From positions 44,945-108,944 of the forward strand of contig JBEQBC010000003.1 in the NCBI GenBank assembly GCA_041640035.1: a stretch of DNA of 64,000 nucleotides. Direction: 5' to 3'. The notes beneath the pieces are model-generated. The model saw only the letters and a list, made by a program, of their open reading frames with translations. It was not told where the DNA came from and searched no databases. Below, piece by piece: positions 27,660 to 37,525 of the stretch. This DNA is from Candidatus Nanohaloarchaea archaeon (GTDB lineage Archaea > Nanohalarchaeota > Nanosalinia > Nanosalinales > Nanosalinaceae). Within the stretch, counting starts at the first letter, position 1; each line of letters opens with the position of its first letter. The translations under genes and the position numbers were made by a program.

Positions 27660-30182
27660 ATGAACTGCAAAAAAATCTTTGTTCTCATCTTACTAATCCT
27701 GATGTCCTCTCAAGTTATGGGTTACACTAACTGGGACGGCGGAGAGCCAAATGATGCAGGAGATGGAGAGGACTGCGCTGAGGCGAACTGGAACGGTGAC
27801 AGATGGAATGATATCGGCTGTAATGATGATCATCCAGGCATATGTGAGTATCAAGATGGTACATATGATACTACTTCTTCGATGGACTTCTCTGCGGCAC
27901 GTAATGAGTGCCAGTCTCGAGGAGGACATCTCGTAGTCATGAATAGTGCGAGCGAAAACGACTACATATACAATAATTTCGGTAACGGTTGGCTGGGCTA
28001 TTATCAGCCACCAGGTTCTTCAGAACCGGCCGGAGGCTGGACCTGGGTAGAAACTAACGAACCTCCTGTCATCAATCCGGATGGTAACACAGATAATGAT
28101 CCAAATCCGGCAGAGGTCACGGGAACCAGTCCCAGTAATGGTCCTAATCCTACTCTTTCAGTTGATGTTTCTGATCCTAACGATGAACCCTTAAATGTAG
28201 AGTTTTACCGTGACTCATCAAGCTGGAACACTGTTCTGTCTGAATCTTTCTCTGGTGGAACTTCCGGATGGTCCTCAGAGACAGGTAATCTAGAAACAAG
28301 AACCTCTTCAAATGGTGATCAGTGGCTAGCACCGCAATGCACCACCGCTGTACAGACTAACAGAATATCCGAAACAATAAATGATGGTGGAATGACTTAT
28401 GACCGTGTGAGATATGATGTTGAGGTAGGGGCTCTTGACAGTTGGGATAATGAGTATCTAAGATTGCAGTTGAAGACTGATGGCTCGTGGACCACGGTAG
28501 AGTCAAGAACGCCTCACTACGGTGGAAGCGAAGCCTTCCCCGATATGCAGTGTTATAATGATTTTGACAGTCCTGGAAGATACAGTTTCACTGGTGAGAT
28601 ATCTACAGACGATATATCGGGAGTTAGAGTGTTGACAGGCTTGAATCAGGATGACGATGATGAATCTGTCGCAATAAATAATGTGGATATCGAAGTCAGA
28701 AGAACTCAGACGCTTATAGGTACTGATGGATCTGTTGATGGAGCAGGAGATGTAGCAACTCAAGAATGGAACGGTTTAACATGTGGTGCATCATATGACT
28801 GGTTCGTTAAAGCTATAGAAGAAGATGGTGAAGCCTCCACCACCAGTAATGTCTGGAGCTTCGATGTAGACTGTAACGAGCCTCCTCAAATCTCAATTGT
28901 AGAGCCTGCCGAATCCACAGATACAGGCCTAGTAACTTCTACATCCCCTCAATTAAGGTTATCAGTCTCTGATCCAGACGACTCAAGTCTCGATGTAACA
29001 TTCTATGATAACGACGGAAATGTGATTGAAACGAAAAATGATGTATACTCTGATGTCAATGCAGAATGGACTGGTCTCACGAAGGGAAATCAATACTCGT
29101 GGTCTGCTGAAGTCTGTGATGACGGAGGCGAATGTGATACATCCTCCACAGCAACTTTCACAGTAAACACCCCTCCAGAGGAACCTGAGTCACCAAATCC
29201 GAGTGACGGTGTTGAGGGAATCGATCACAACTCAGTCACCCTCTCCTCATATGTTGAAGATCGGGACGGCGACAACATGCAAGTTACCTTCTCAGGAGAT
29301 TCTGGAACAGATTCTTTCTCGAAGTCTACTGATGTTTCAGGCTCTGGAACTGCTTCGGTTTCTGTCACCGGGCTTCAGCCAGGTACGCAGTATGACTGGG
29401 ATGTAACCGTGGAGGACGAACATGGAGCCTCCACAACAGGTGAAACTTGGAGCTTCACCACTAACTATTTGCCCGCTATAAGAAATCCTCAACCGCAGAA
29501 CGGAGGATTCATCAGTTCTGATTCTGTTGACCTCAGTGTTGATGTTTCGGACGATGATGGAGATATGACTAATGTCCGGATCTATGATGATTCCGGCGCT
29601 CAGATCGGAAGTGGTTCAACTTCTGACGGATCTGAGGTCACTGTTGATGCGGATTATACAGGGTTGACATATGGAGAGACCTATGATTGGACTGTTGAAG
29701 CAGAGGATGCTTACGGTACCAACTCGAAGACATTCAGTTTCAATGTGATAGGCGGTGGAAGCTTCCGGACTGAATCGGGTATAGACTACGAGTACAGTTC
29801 TGTGGTGAAGTCAGGCAGTCAGACACGATTCATCGAATACGAGGTCACGAACAGGAATGTGAATGATAAGGAACTGGAGACAGGTATTTCAGGTCCTGAA
29901 GCCTCTTTCTCTCAGTACTCTGGCGATACACATGCCTATACTTTGGGAGGTGGCGAGACGAAGACTTTCAGAATCCAGATTACGGAAAGCCAGCCAGGCG
30001 ACTATGATTTACAGGTTGTAACCGAGAACCAGGAGCTCGGTATTCAAAATGCAGATACTATACCGGTACTGGTTCGAGAATACCCGGCTTCCGGTGTTGA
30101 ACGGGTCCCGGGTATAGGGATGCTTCATGTCGTGATACTGATTGCCAGCGGCTTAGTGATAACTGTTTTCGGATCTGTGTAA
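27660..30182 (+). CDS. Large surface protein: permuted C-type lectin head, Ig/FN3-like repeats, C-terminal VPG-TM anchor
   Basis: Signal peptide; GEPND..EDC..WND..C..ICE and ARNEC..GGHLV..END..WLG segments; repeats with L.VDVSD.D...YDW.V.A; terminal VPGI plus TM. Confidence 0.8.
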   Translation: MNCKKIFVLILLILMSSQVMGYTNWDGGEPNDAGDGEDCAEANWNGDRWNDIGCNDDHPGICEYQDGTYDTTSSMDFSAARNECQSRGGHLVVMNSASENDYIYNNFGNGWLGYYQPPGSSEPAGGWTWVETNEPPVINPDGNTDNDPNPAEVTGTSPSNGPNPTLSVDVSDPNDEPLNVEFYRDSSSWNTVLSESFSGGTSGWSSETGNLETRTSSNGDQWLAPQCTTAVQTNRISETINDGGMTYDRVRYDVEVGALDSWDNEYLRLQLKTDGSWTTVESRTPHYGGSEAFPDMQCYNDFDSPGRYSFTGEISTDDISGVRVLTGLNQDDDDESVAINNVDIEVRRTQTLIGTDGSVDGAGDVATQEWNGLTCGASYDWFVKAIEEDGEASTTSNVWSFDVDCNEPPQISIVEPAESTDTGLVTSTSPQLRLSVSDPDDSSLDVTFYDNDGNVIETKNDVYSDVNAEWTGLTKGNQYSWSAEVCDDGGECDTSSTATFTVNTPPEEPESPNPSDGVEGIDHNSVTLSSYVEDRDGDNMQVTFSGDSGTDSFSKSTDVSGSGTASVSVTGLQPGTQYDWDVTVEDEHGASTTGETWSFTTNYLPAIRNPQPQNGGFISSDSVDLSVDVSDDDGDMTNVRIYDDSGAQIGSGSTSDGSEVTVDADYTGLTYGETYDWTVEAEDAYGTNSKTFSFNVIGGGSFRTESGIDYEYSSVVKSGSQTRFIEYEVTNRNVNDKELETGISGPEASFSQYSGDTHAYTLGGGETKTFRIQITESQPGDYDLQVVTENQELGIQNADTIPVLVREYPASGVERVPGIGMLHVVILIASGLVITVFGSV
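29165..30115 (+). repeat. Diverged duplication, copy 1 (stalk/anchor region; copy 2 at about 34498-35445)
   Basis: Near-identical protein blocks; identical 29-mer TACGAGTACAGTTCTGTGGTGAAGTCAGG at 29787-29815 and 35119-35147. Confidence 0.9.
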
Positions 30183-30219
30183 ACGATTTAAGTTAGAGAC
30201 CTCTAAATTCATTAATAGA

Positions 30220-30648
30220 ATGACGGAGAATGAGGAAGTGGAGAAATCTTTCGCAGAAAAATTTAATTTCTTGACTCGCTTTGACAAACGAGACTATGCG
30301 ATAGGTTTTCTAACTGCTTTACTTATCGCCAGTCTTGGCCTGAATGTTTTTCAGATGCATGGTGATTCGGATAAATATGTAGAACCGGAAGAAGCAGGTA
30401 ATCTAACTGTGAATGCTGTAAATGATAATATACTGTATCCTTCACCGAACAATGTTACTGCGACTCTTGTGAATGTGACTGAAGATGATCAGTACGGTTT
30501 AGATAACTTCTACCGTGTCAGGATGAATGTAACCAATCCTGCCGGCAGCCAGATAACAAGTGTATATACCAAGAAAGATGGTTCAGTTGCGTTCCTGCAG
30601 TTCCCACGGAGATTAAGCGGAAGCTTTGAAGAAGGGAGGTATCACTGA
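30220..30648 (+). CDS. Membrane-anchored hypothetical protein
   Basis: Single TM helix and several NxT sequons. Confidence 0.65.
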   Translation: MTENEEVEKSFAEKFNFLTRFDKRDYAIGFLTALLIASLGLNVFQMHGDSDKYVEPEEAGNLTVNAVNDNILYPSPNNVTATLVNVTEDDQYGLDNFYRVRMNVTNPAGSQITSVYTKKDGSVAFLQFPRRLSGSFEEGRYH

Positions 30649-31184
30649 TGAACTGGAAGATACCGATATTAACCTTGATTCTGGTTATCGGGGGGACAGC
30701 AGGTTACTACGAATTCTTCGGAGACAGCGAAACCTATGAAGGGGTAACGGAGATGGTGCCAATCGTAGGAGACCAGGAACCAGAGAACAAGATGTATGTT
30801 TCTTATACTGGTTCTGAAGAGTACGGAGATATTCAGGTGACTCCAGAGTACCTTAAACTAGCTAACTCGACTACGGGAGATGTGCAGAGAACTTATGATG
30901 GTGTAAACGAGACATTTTCTCTCAGTGAACTGGATAGAACACCTGTTTTCAGCTTTCCAGCTTTTGAAGAGTACGATATACTGGTCAGCTTTGATGTAAA
31001 TGATCCTCAGAACAGATCACTGCTTTACAACGAACTGAATCAGATGAGGTACAGGAATTCGATTGACTTTGGTTCTCGTGACAGTTTCAACATCACAGTT
31101 GATGTGAAAGGAGCTGAAACCGGTGATCAGCTTGTCTACTCCCCTGAACTTGATTATCAAAGTCCTTCAAGAGACTTCAACTGA
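30648..31184 (+). CDS. Membrane-anchored or secreted hypothetical protein
   Basis: N-terminal hydrophobic helix; start overlaps upstream stop. Confidence 0.65.
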   Translation: MNWKIPILTLILVIGGTAGYYEFFGDSETYEGVTEMVPIVGDQEPENKMYVSYTGSEEYGDIQVTPEYLKLANSTTGDVQRTYDGVNETFSLSELDRTPVFSFPAFEEYDILVSFDVNDPQNRSLLYNELNQMRYRNSIDFGSRDSFNITVDVKGAETGDQLVYSPELDYQSPSRDFN

Positions 31185-32126
31185 ATGAATTCCTTCTATA
31201 ACCGCTGTTTTATCGAGAGCGAATTCAGAATTCTTAATCAGGTACAAGCGAGATTTCTCGATATCTCCAGCTACCAGATATTCGCTGTTCTTATCCAATA
31301 GACTGGTGAAGTAAGGTTCGCTTCTTGGCTCTAGAGCAATTTCTTCGACCCTTTCTCCTCGTTCAAGATCGACTAGGGCTACTTTCCCATCTACCATGTT
31401 AGTTACTGCGACTTTATCTTCACTTGTTCTCTGTATACCATGTGGTACAAATGTGGTTGGGAGCAGAACTGTACTGTTCTCTTTATCTTTGATTTCTGAC
31501 ACAAATCCTTTCGTCACAGTATGTATATGTCCTGAAGTATTGACCTGTAATCTTTTTCTTCCCGCTACATAGATATTTTTGTTGTTTACAGAGAAAGAGC
31601 CCATCCAGCTTCCGGTTTTGATATCTCTTTCAGCCTTTAGATTTTCGTTAAATACTTGAATGCTGCCGTTTATGTTACCGGCGTAAAGACTGTTCTCTTT
31701 ATAGATTAGTTGATGAGGGCTTCTTCCGGTCTTTATCTCATCTAGCGTCTCTCCGTCTCTCGTTATCTTGACTATTTTACCTGAGTTCTCATAAGCAAGG
31801 AAAATCGCTTCTTCTGAGACAGCGAAGCCATGAAAACTCTGATTTGAGGAATAAATCCTATCCGTATTCTCTTCTACCCTGTAAATCGATGAATTATTAC
31901 CTGACTGGGTAGAAGCAAATACTGTTTCCTCTGATCTCTTTATTTCATGAACAACGCCTTCAAGATCTGCTATCTGACTGGTCTCACCTCCTTCAAAAGA
32001 TACTATCCTTCCATCATCTGTCCCAGCCAGTATATCTTCTTCACTACTTGGAGCAACTGAAAGTAAACCCAGTACCACAGTCAGAGCTGTTAAGGATGAG
32101 ATCAGAATCTTACTGCGTCTTTCCAT
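31167..32126 (-). CDS. Secreted beta-propeller protein (YVTN/YncE-like)
   Basis: N-terminal TM; blade-like repeats (TGRSPHQL, VPHGI...VAVTNMVDGKVALVD). Confidence 0.7.
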   Translation of the reverse strand: MERRSKILISSLTALTVVLGLLSVAPSSEEDILAGTDDGRIVSFEGGETSQIADLEGVVHEIKRSEETVFASTQSGNNSSIYRVEENTDRIYSSNQSFHGFAVSEEAIFLAYENSGKIVKITRDGETLDEIKTGRSPHQLIYKENSLYAGNINGSIQVFNENLKAERDIKTGSWMGSFSVNNKNIYVAGRKRLQVNTSGHIHTVTKGFVSEIKDKENSTVLLPTTFVPHGIQRTSEDKVAVTNMVDGKVALVDLERGERVEEIALEPRSEPYFTSLLDKNSEYLVAGDIEKSRLYLIKNSEFALDKTAVIEGIHSVEVS

Positions 32127-32184
32127 CTATCTACTGTATAGGACAGGGTCACCAATAAAAGCTAGATTTAAGAAGTATTTACCA

Positions 32185-35100
32185 ATGCGGTTGAAACTAT
32201 CCGTTTACACCTTGATTTTTCTAGCACTTTTATCTGCCGCAGTATCTCATCCCAGCGGTGACACTGGTTCAAACGGTTACACTGTTTCAGACGATGCTAT
32301 TGAAAGCTCTGTAGATTTTACTGATCTTGAACAGGAATGGAAGTACACTCAGGAAATCAACATGCAGCAGAACTGGGACGGCAACCTGGCGTGGGAGGGA
32401 ACACACAAGGTCTTCTCAGTGCAGGTCAACACGAAGAAACTTATTGAGGAAGGTAAGATGAGGGAGGACTGCGCGGACCTCAGAATGTCCTGGAACGAGA
32501 AAATAGTGCCTTCCAGAGTCCAGGCAGGTGACTGCGGTTCAGAGGATACATGGGTATACTTTTCAAACGCCAGAGAAGACAGAGAAATGCTTTTCGACCC
32601 ACAGAAAGAAGTAGAATCGATTAAATTATACTACGGTAACTCCGATCCCGGCAGAAGACATGAATCCGTATCTCCCTCAAATGATAACCAAGCGACCTAT
32701 GTGCATCCTGAAGGTCCTATCGAGATGTACTACGGAACACATCAGACCACAACATATGTCAATGACGATACTGACATGACCAACGAAGGGGTTTCAGGAG
32801 GAGAAGGTTACCAGACCTGGGAAGTTGATTTCCAGAGCAGTAGCTATGGAGATCAACCACCAGACTTCATCAGCATATCAGACAACGACGGGAACCGTGC
32901 AACCGTGGATAGTCCTGGTGATTCGTACACTATAAACGGAAATGATTACAACTGGATAGATGAAGGAGAGCCAATATCTGTCTATTTCGAAGTGTGGGAT
33001 GTTGAATCCTCAACTGTTACGAATGACTGGCCTGTCACTAATAGGGCACCTAATCAGCCTAGTAATCCTGATCCTGCGGAGACCACAGGTACCTCTCCTG
33101 TCTACAGTACTTCTCCAATGCTCAATATAGATGTATCCGATCCTGACAGCTCGGATGATCTGAATGTTGATTTCTTCAGCGGGATTTCAGAGACATGGAA
33201 CTTCGGTACATGCGGCTCAACAGGAAGCAGCGGTCCTTCCCAGAGCCAGTGTGACTCATCTTATTCGGGAACTACTTTGGATGGACAGGTAAATATAGTG
33301 AATCCGGGTATTCAGGAATGGACAGTTCCTCGTGATGGAGTTTACAGGATAAGAGCAGCGGGTGCAGAAGGAGGCCTGGGAGATGGCGCAGTTATGCAAG
33401 GAAAATTCAACCTGAATCAAGGACAGACAATACAGATACTAGTAGGTCAGCAGGGATCAAATGACGGAGGATCTGGAGGCTCTTTCGTAGCAACCGGAGG
33501 CTCCCATACATCAGCTAATCCACTGGTTGTCGCTGGTGGAGGAGCTGGAGGAGATCAGAGCTACCAAAGCTACACAGATGGTTCAGACAGTACACCTGGC
33601 GAGGACTCCCAGAACTCAGGCGGAGGAAACAATGGATATGGTGGAGGTGCTGGTGACGGAGGAGGTGGAGGAGGCTTCTACGGTGACGGTGCTGACGGTA
33701 CAGCCGGTCCAGGAGGATTCGCCTTCAGAAACGGTGGCTCGGGAGCCACTAATGGAAATACCGCTGGTGGTTTCGGTGGTGGAGGAGCTACCGAAGACGG
33801 CGGTGACGAAGCCGGTGGAGCAGGTGGATACTCTGGTGGAGCCGGAGCAGACGATGGATCAAATAATGGAGAAAATGAGATAGCTGCTGGAGGAGGAAGC
33901 TTTATAGACTCCTCAGCTAATTCAGCAGCCACTCATACCGGCAGCTTTGGCGATAGCTCTACTAATGATAACGGTTACTCTGGAACAGTAGATGATCTCG
34001 GCGGTATGAATACTGGACAGGGATATGTAACTATTGAGGCAGAAGGCCGGCAGCTAGGAGAGGATAACAATGTTGGAAACGGTAACACAGCACAGTTCGA
34101 ATGGAGTGGTTTGACTGAAGGTCAGACATATGAGTGGTCAGCTAGAGCTTGTGACCCAAGTGGGCTGTGCACTACATCTCCTTCCTACAGTTTTGATGTG
34201 AGTGAGGGTCCTCGTCAACCTGATAATCCTGATCCTGCGGATGGAGATACTGTGTATGCTCCTTCCGGTGATGTGAGTCTTTCAGCCAGGTACAGACATA
34301 CAGGCGGTACTTCAGGAGAGCCTGGAACATTAACTTTCTACAATCAAGATGGTTCTCAGATCGGTAGCTGCCAGGCAGATCACAACGAAAGATGTTCCGT
34401 TAATAAGAATGTGAATAATGGCCAGAGGTATGACTGGTATGTGGTAGCGGAGTATAATGGTCAGACAGCAACTAGCTCCGACTGGTACTTTAGAACAAAT
34501 ACCCCTCCAGATCAGCCTAATAATCCATCACCTACGGATGGGGCTTCCTCTGTTGATTACAACAGTGTAACTCTGACAGCTGATGTAAATGATGCTGACG
34601 GGGATGATATGGATGTTACATTCAGTGGTAGTTCGCCATCCGATTCTTTCAGTGAGACGACAACTGTGTCCGGAAGCGGTGAAGCACAGGTAACTGTAAA
34701 CAATCTAGCTGAAGGAGAATCCTATGACTGGACTGCTGAAGCGGAGGATGTGTACGGTGCGACTACGACCAGTGACACATGGATTTTCACTACTAATTAT
34801 CTTCCTACGATCGATAATCCGGAACCTCAGGATGGTGCGTACTTGAGTTCGGATGAGACTGAACTGAATATTGATGTCTCGGACTTTGACGGCGATATGA
34901 CCAATGTCCGTATTTACGATGAATCAGGTGCTCAGATCGGAAGCGGATCAACATCTGACGGATCAGAAGTTACAGTGGATGCAGATTATACAGGACTAAG
35001 TTACGGTAATACCTATGATTGGACGGTTGAGGCCGAGGATGCATACGGTACTAATTCTCGTACCTTCAGTTTCAGCGTGATAGGAGGAGCAAGTTTCAGA

Positions 35101-35511
35101 ACTACATCTGGAATTGATTACGAGTACAGTTCTGTGGTGAAGTCAGGTGGCCAGACACGGTTCATTGAGTACGAGGTTTCAAACAATAATGTTGGGGATA
35201 AACAGTTGGAGACCCGGCTTTCCGGTGTCGACGCAACATTTTCCCAGTATTCCGGTGATACACATACTTACACGTTGAACGGTGGTACCACCGAGACATT
35301 TAGAATCGGTATTGAAGAAGATCAGATCGGTGAGCATGAACTTAGTGTTACTACTGAGGATTTAGAATTAGGTGTTGAGAACACTGATACTATTCCTGTG
35401 CTTGTTAGAGAGTATCCTGCGTCCGGTGTAGAAAGGGTTCCTGGATTGATGTGGGTCCAGGTACTGTTCCTTGTAGCCGGAGCTACAGTTCTTTATTCTG
35501 CTTTACTCTGA
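32185..35511 (+). CDS. Large surface protein: DUF2341-like domain, ALK/LTK-like glycine-rich domain, Ig/FN3-like repeats, VPG-TM anchor
   Basis: Signal peptide; DCADLR..LYYGN; FGTCGSTG..GPSQSQC..GIQEWTVP..ILVGQQG..GGFGGGG..GGYSGG; C-terminal part paralogous to 27660-30182. Confidence 0.8.
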   Translation: MRLKLSVYTLIFLALLSAAVSHPSGDTGSNGYTVSDDAIESSVDFTDLEQEWKYTQEINMQQNWDGNLAWEGTHKVFSVQVNTKKLIEEGKMREDCADLRMSWNEKIVPSRVQAGDCGSEDTWVYFSNAREDREMLFDPQKEVESIKLYYGNSDPGRRHESVSPSNDNQATYVHPEGPIEMYYGTHQTTTYVNDDTDMTNEGVSGGEGYQTWEVDFQSSSYGDQPPDFISISDNDGNRATVDSPGDSYTINGNDYNWIDEGEPISVYFEVWDVESSTVTNDWPVTNRAPNQPSNPDPAETTGTSPVYSTSPMLNIDVSDPDSSDDLNVDFFSGISETWNFGTCGSTGSSGPSQSQCDSSYSGTTLDGQVNIVNPGIQEWTVPRDGVYRIRAAGAEGGLGDGAVMQGKFNLNQGQTIQILVGQQGSNDGGSGGSFVATGGSHTSANPLVVAGGGAGGDQSYQSYTDGSDSTPGEDSQNSGGGNNGYGGGAGDGGGGGGFYGDGADGTAGPGGFAFRNGGSGATNGNTAGGFGGGGATEDGGDEAGGAGGYSGGAGADDGSNNGENEIAAGGGSFIDSSANSAATHTGSFGDSSTNDNGYSGTVDDLGGMNTGQGYVTIEAEGRQLGEDNNVGNGNTAQFEWSGLTEGQTYEWSARACDPSGLCTTSPSYSFDVSEGPRQPDNPDPADGDTVYAPSGDVSLSARYRHTGGTSGEPGTLTFYNQDGSQIGSCQADHNERCSVNKNVNNGQRYDWYVVAEYNGQTATSSDWYFRTNTPPDQPNNPSPTDGASSVDYNSVTLTADVNDADGDDMDVTFSGSSPSDSFSETTTVSGSGEAQVTVNNLAEGESYDWTAEAEDVYGATTTSDTWIFTTNYLPTIDNPEPQDGAYLSSDETELNIDVSDFDGDMTNVRIYDESGAQIGSGSTSDGSEVTVDADYTGLSYGNTYDWTVEAEDAYGTNSRTFSFSVIGGASFRTTSGIDYEYSSVVKSGGQTRFIEYEVSNNNVGDKQLETRLSGVDATFSQYSGDTHTYTLNGGTTETFRIGIEEDQIGEHELSVTTEDLELGVENTDTIPVLVREYPASGVERVPGLMWVQVLFLVAGATVLYSALL
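34498..35445 (+). repeat. Diverged duplication, copy 2
   Basis: Paralogous to about 29165-30115; many differences are at synonymous positions. Confidence 0.9.
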
Positions 35512-35674
35512 CAATATATCCAGCGACTCGGTTACGCAGTCTCTTGGAATTGAACTCTTCTGTCTCCTTGAGTTCCTCTTTGTTCTCGTCGAAGTCCTCG
35601 GAGAACTTTTCTTCATCTGCGTTTACAAGGTCGCGTGCAAGTCTTTTGACATAGGTCTGTCTTACTCTTCCCAT
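35483..35674 (-). CDS. rps17e: 30S ribosomal protein S17e
   Basis: MGRVRQTYVKR..FSEDFDENK..SKRLRNRVAGYI. Confidence 0.96.
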   Translation of the reverse strand: MGRVRQTYVKRLARDLVNADEEKFSEDFDENKEELKETEEFNSKRLRNRVAGYIVRVKQNKEL

Positions 35675-35755
35675 GGTATCTGTTAAAATCGGTATAAAGT
35701 TTATTAAACCCTGCCGCTTCACAACGCTGAAACCGCCCAGTTTACATCTCTCAGT

Positions 35756-36712
35756 TCACTGAAGATAGCCCAGATCTCTGAGTATCTGCTCTTGATCAGA
35801 ATTAGTCTCCTCAACACTTCTATCAGGGTCATAGGTTTCAAGGTCTTCTGCACTGGTTTCAATCCAGGGTACTTCTCGGAGTGCATCGACCGCTATCTTT
35901 CTTTCATGGCCGTGAACACCCATCTCTTCCCTGTTGAGTCTTCCGAGCGCGTTTCCGTGGTCGGCTGTGATAACGGTTTTCTCCGCGTCTATATTGTCCA
36001 GTAGAATTTCGACCTCATCCATCACGGTTCTCAAGTTATCTCTGTAGAGCGGCCAGACCTCATCTCTCGTAGTTTCGCCCAGCAGTATCTCATCCCATGG
36101 GTCTCTTCCCGGGTTCTCACCCCATGTTTCAGGATTGACATCTGTACCTAGCTCAGGTTTATCCAGAAAAGGATAATGTGGCTGCATATAATGCACTACC
36201 AGTCTGTCCTCATTCATCTGCCGTGAGAGGTCTATGGCCGCATCGGTGATCGGCCGTGGCATGATAGCTCCTTTCTCGCTGTCGTGAGCGTATCTCCAGG
36301 CTTCCTCCATGTGAAGAAAATCTTCGCCTTCAAGGTAGTCCTCCGAAAACCCGTTTCCGGTAACCATCAAAGTGTCTTGTTTTTCATCGCTGAATTCGTC
36401 GGAGAAATTTCTTCTCATCCATTCATCTGAAGCACCAGCCCAGGAATAGAAGGTATCGAAGTCCTCATCCACAAAATCATATTCCTCTACAACCTCTTGC
36501 ATGAGGTCAGGTCGACATGCATCAAGAACAATCATCGCATCCCAGTCCTGATCGTATACAGGTTCTCCCTGATGGGTTTTACCTGTCAACTGGTGGAGCC
36601 CCTTCAGTGCGGAAGAGTAGCCGAAGTAGGATGCGCGGATTGCTGTATCTCTCAGTCCGTCTTCCTGAAGGCTTTCTATACCTGCCTCTAGAACTTTTCC
36701 AGTATAACTCAC
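35756..36712 (-). CDS. Alkaline phosphatase/sulfatase superfamily protein
   Basis: IVLDACRPD, HYMQPHYPF, ITADHG, HGH, REVPW; probable GTG start at 36712. Confidence 0.8.
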   Translation of the reverse strand: MSYTGKVLEAGIESLQEDGLRDTAIRASYFGYSSALKGLHQLTGKTHQGEPVYDQDWDAMIVLDACRPDLMQEVVEEYDFVDEDFDTFYSWAGASDEWMRRNFSDEFSDEKQDTLMVTGNGFSEDYLEGEDFLHMEEAWRYAHDSEKGAIMPRPITDAAIDLSRQMNEDRLVVHYMQPHYPFLDKPELGTDVNPETWGENPGRDPWDEILLGETTRDEVWPLYRDNLRTVMDEVEILLDNIDAEKTVITADHGNALGRLNREEMGVHGHERKIAVDALREVPWIETSAEDLETYDPDRSVEETNSDQEQILRDLGYLQ

Positions 36713-36797
36713 AGTGTTGTTACCCCTGTAAAATAATTTAACGGTTTGCTGTAGAGCCATCATGACTCATATAACCTTCGTACACCAGTCAGTTATT

Positions 36798-37517
36798 ATG
36801 ACTGACCTACTTTACTATCCGGGAAACGAGTACGAGAAAGAGTTCAAAGCTGAAGTAACGAAGACGAAAGAGGCTGACGGATATGTATGCCTGGATCAAA
36901 CCTTGTTCTACAAGGAAGGTGGTGGACAGCCCGCGGATCACGGAAGAATTTCCTGGGATGGCGGAAAAGCACAGGTAACAGATGTACAGAAAGAACACGG
37001 CGAAATAAGACATTATATCGAAGGAGATATCCCAGAACCTGATACTGAAGTACACGGCAGAATCGATTGGGATCGCAGATACAAACACATGAGAATGCAT
37101 ACCGCCCAGCACATCCTGTCATGGGTCGTACTCAACATGTACGATGCATCCACAGCAGGAAACCAAATACACGAAGATTACAGTCGTATCGATTTCGAAC
37201 CAGCTGACTTCACAGATGAAGAGGTCGAGAAGATTGAGAAAGCAGCTAACGCACTTATCGAGAAAGAGCTAGAAGTTGAGAAGAAGGAGATGGATCGGGA
37301 ACTTGTAGAGGAAAGAGTTCAGGAAGGAAGAACCAATCTGGATATCATCCCTGACAACATAGACCCTCTGAGAGTGGTCATCATCGGCTCAGAAGACCTG
37401 TGTCCTTGCGGCGGTACACATGTTGATAACTTGAAGGAGATAGGAAAGATCAGGATCAAGAACAGAAAGAGTAAAGGCTCAGATGTAGAAAGATTAGAGT
37501 TCGAACTTGAAGATTAA
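36798..37517 (+). CDS. alaXM: Alanyl-tRNA editing protein AlaX-M
   Basis: GGGQPAD, MRMHTAQH, CPCGGTH. Confidence 0.93.
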   Translation: MTDLLYYPGNEYEKEFKAEVTKTKEADGYVCLDQTLFYKEGGGQPADHGRISWDGGKAQVTDVQKEHGEIRHYIEGDIPEPDTEVHGRIDWDRRYKHMRMHTAQHILSWVVLNMYDASTAGNQIHEDYSRIDFEPADFTDEEVEKIEKAANALIEKELEVEKKEMDRELVEERVQEGRTNLDIIPDNIDPLRVVIIGSEDLCPCGGTHVDNLKEIGKIRIKNRKSKGSDVERLEFELED

Positions 37518-37525
37518 AGATTTTT

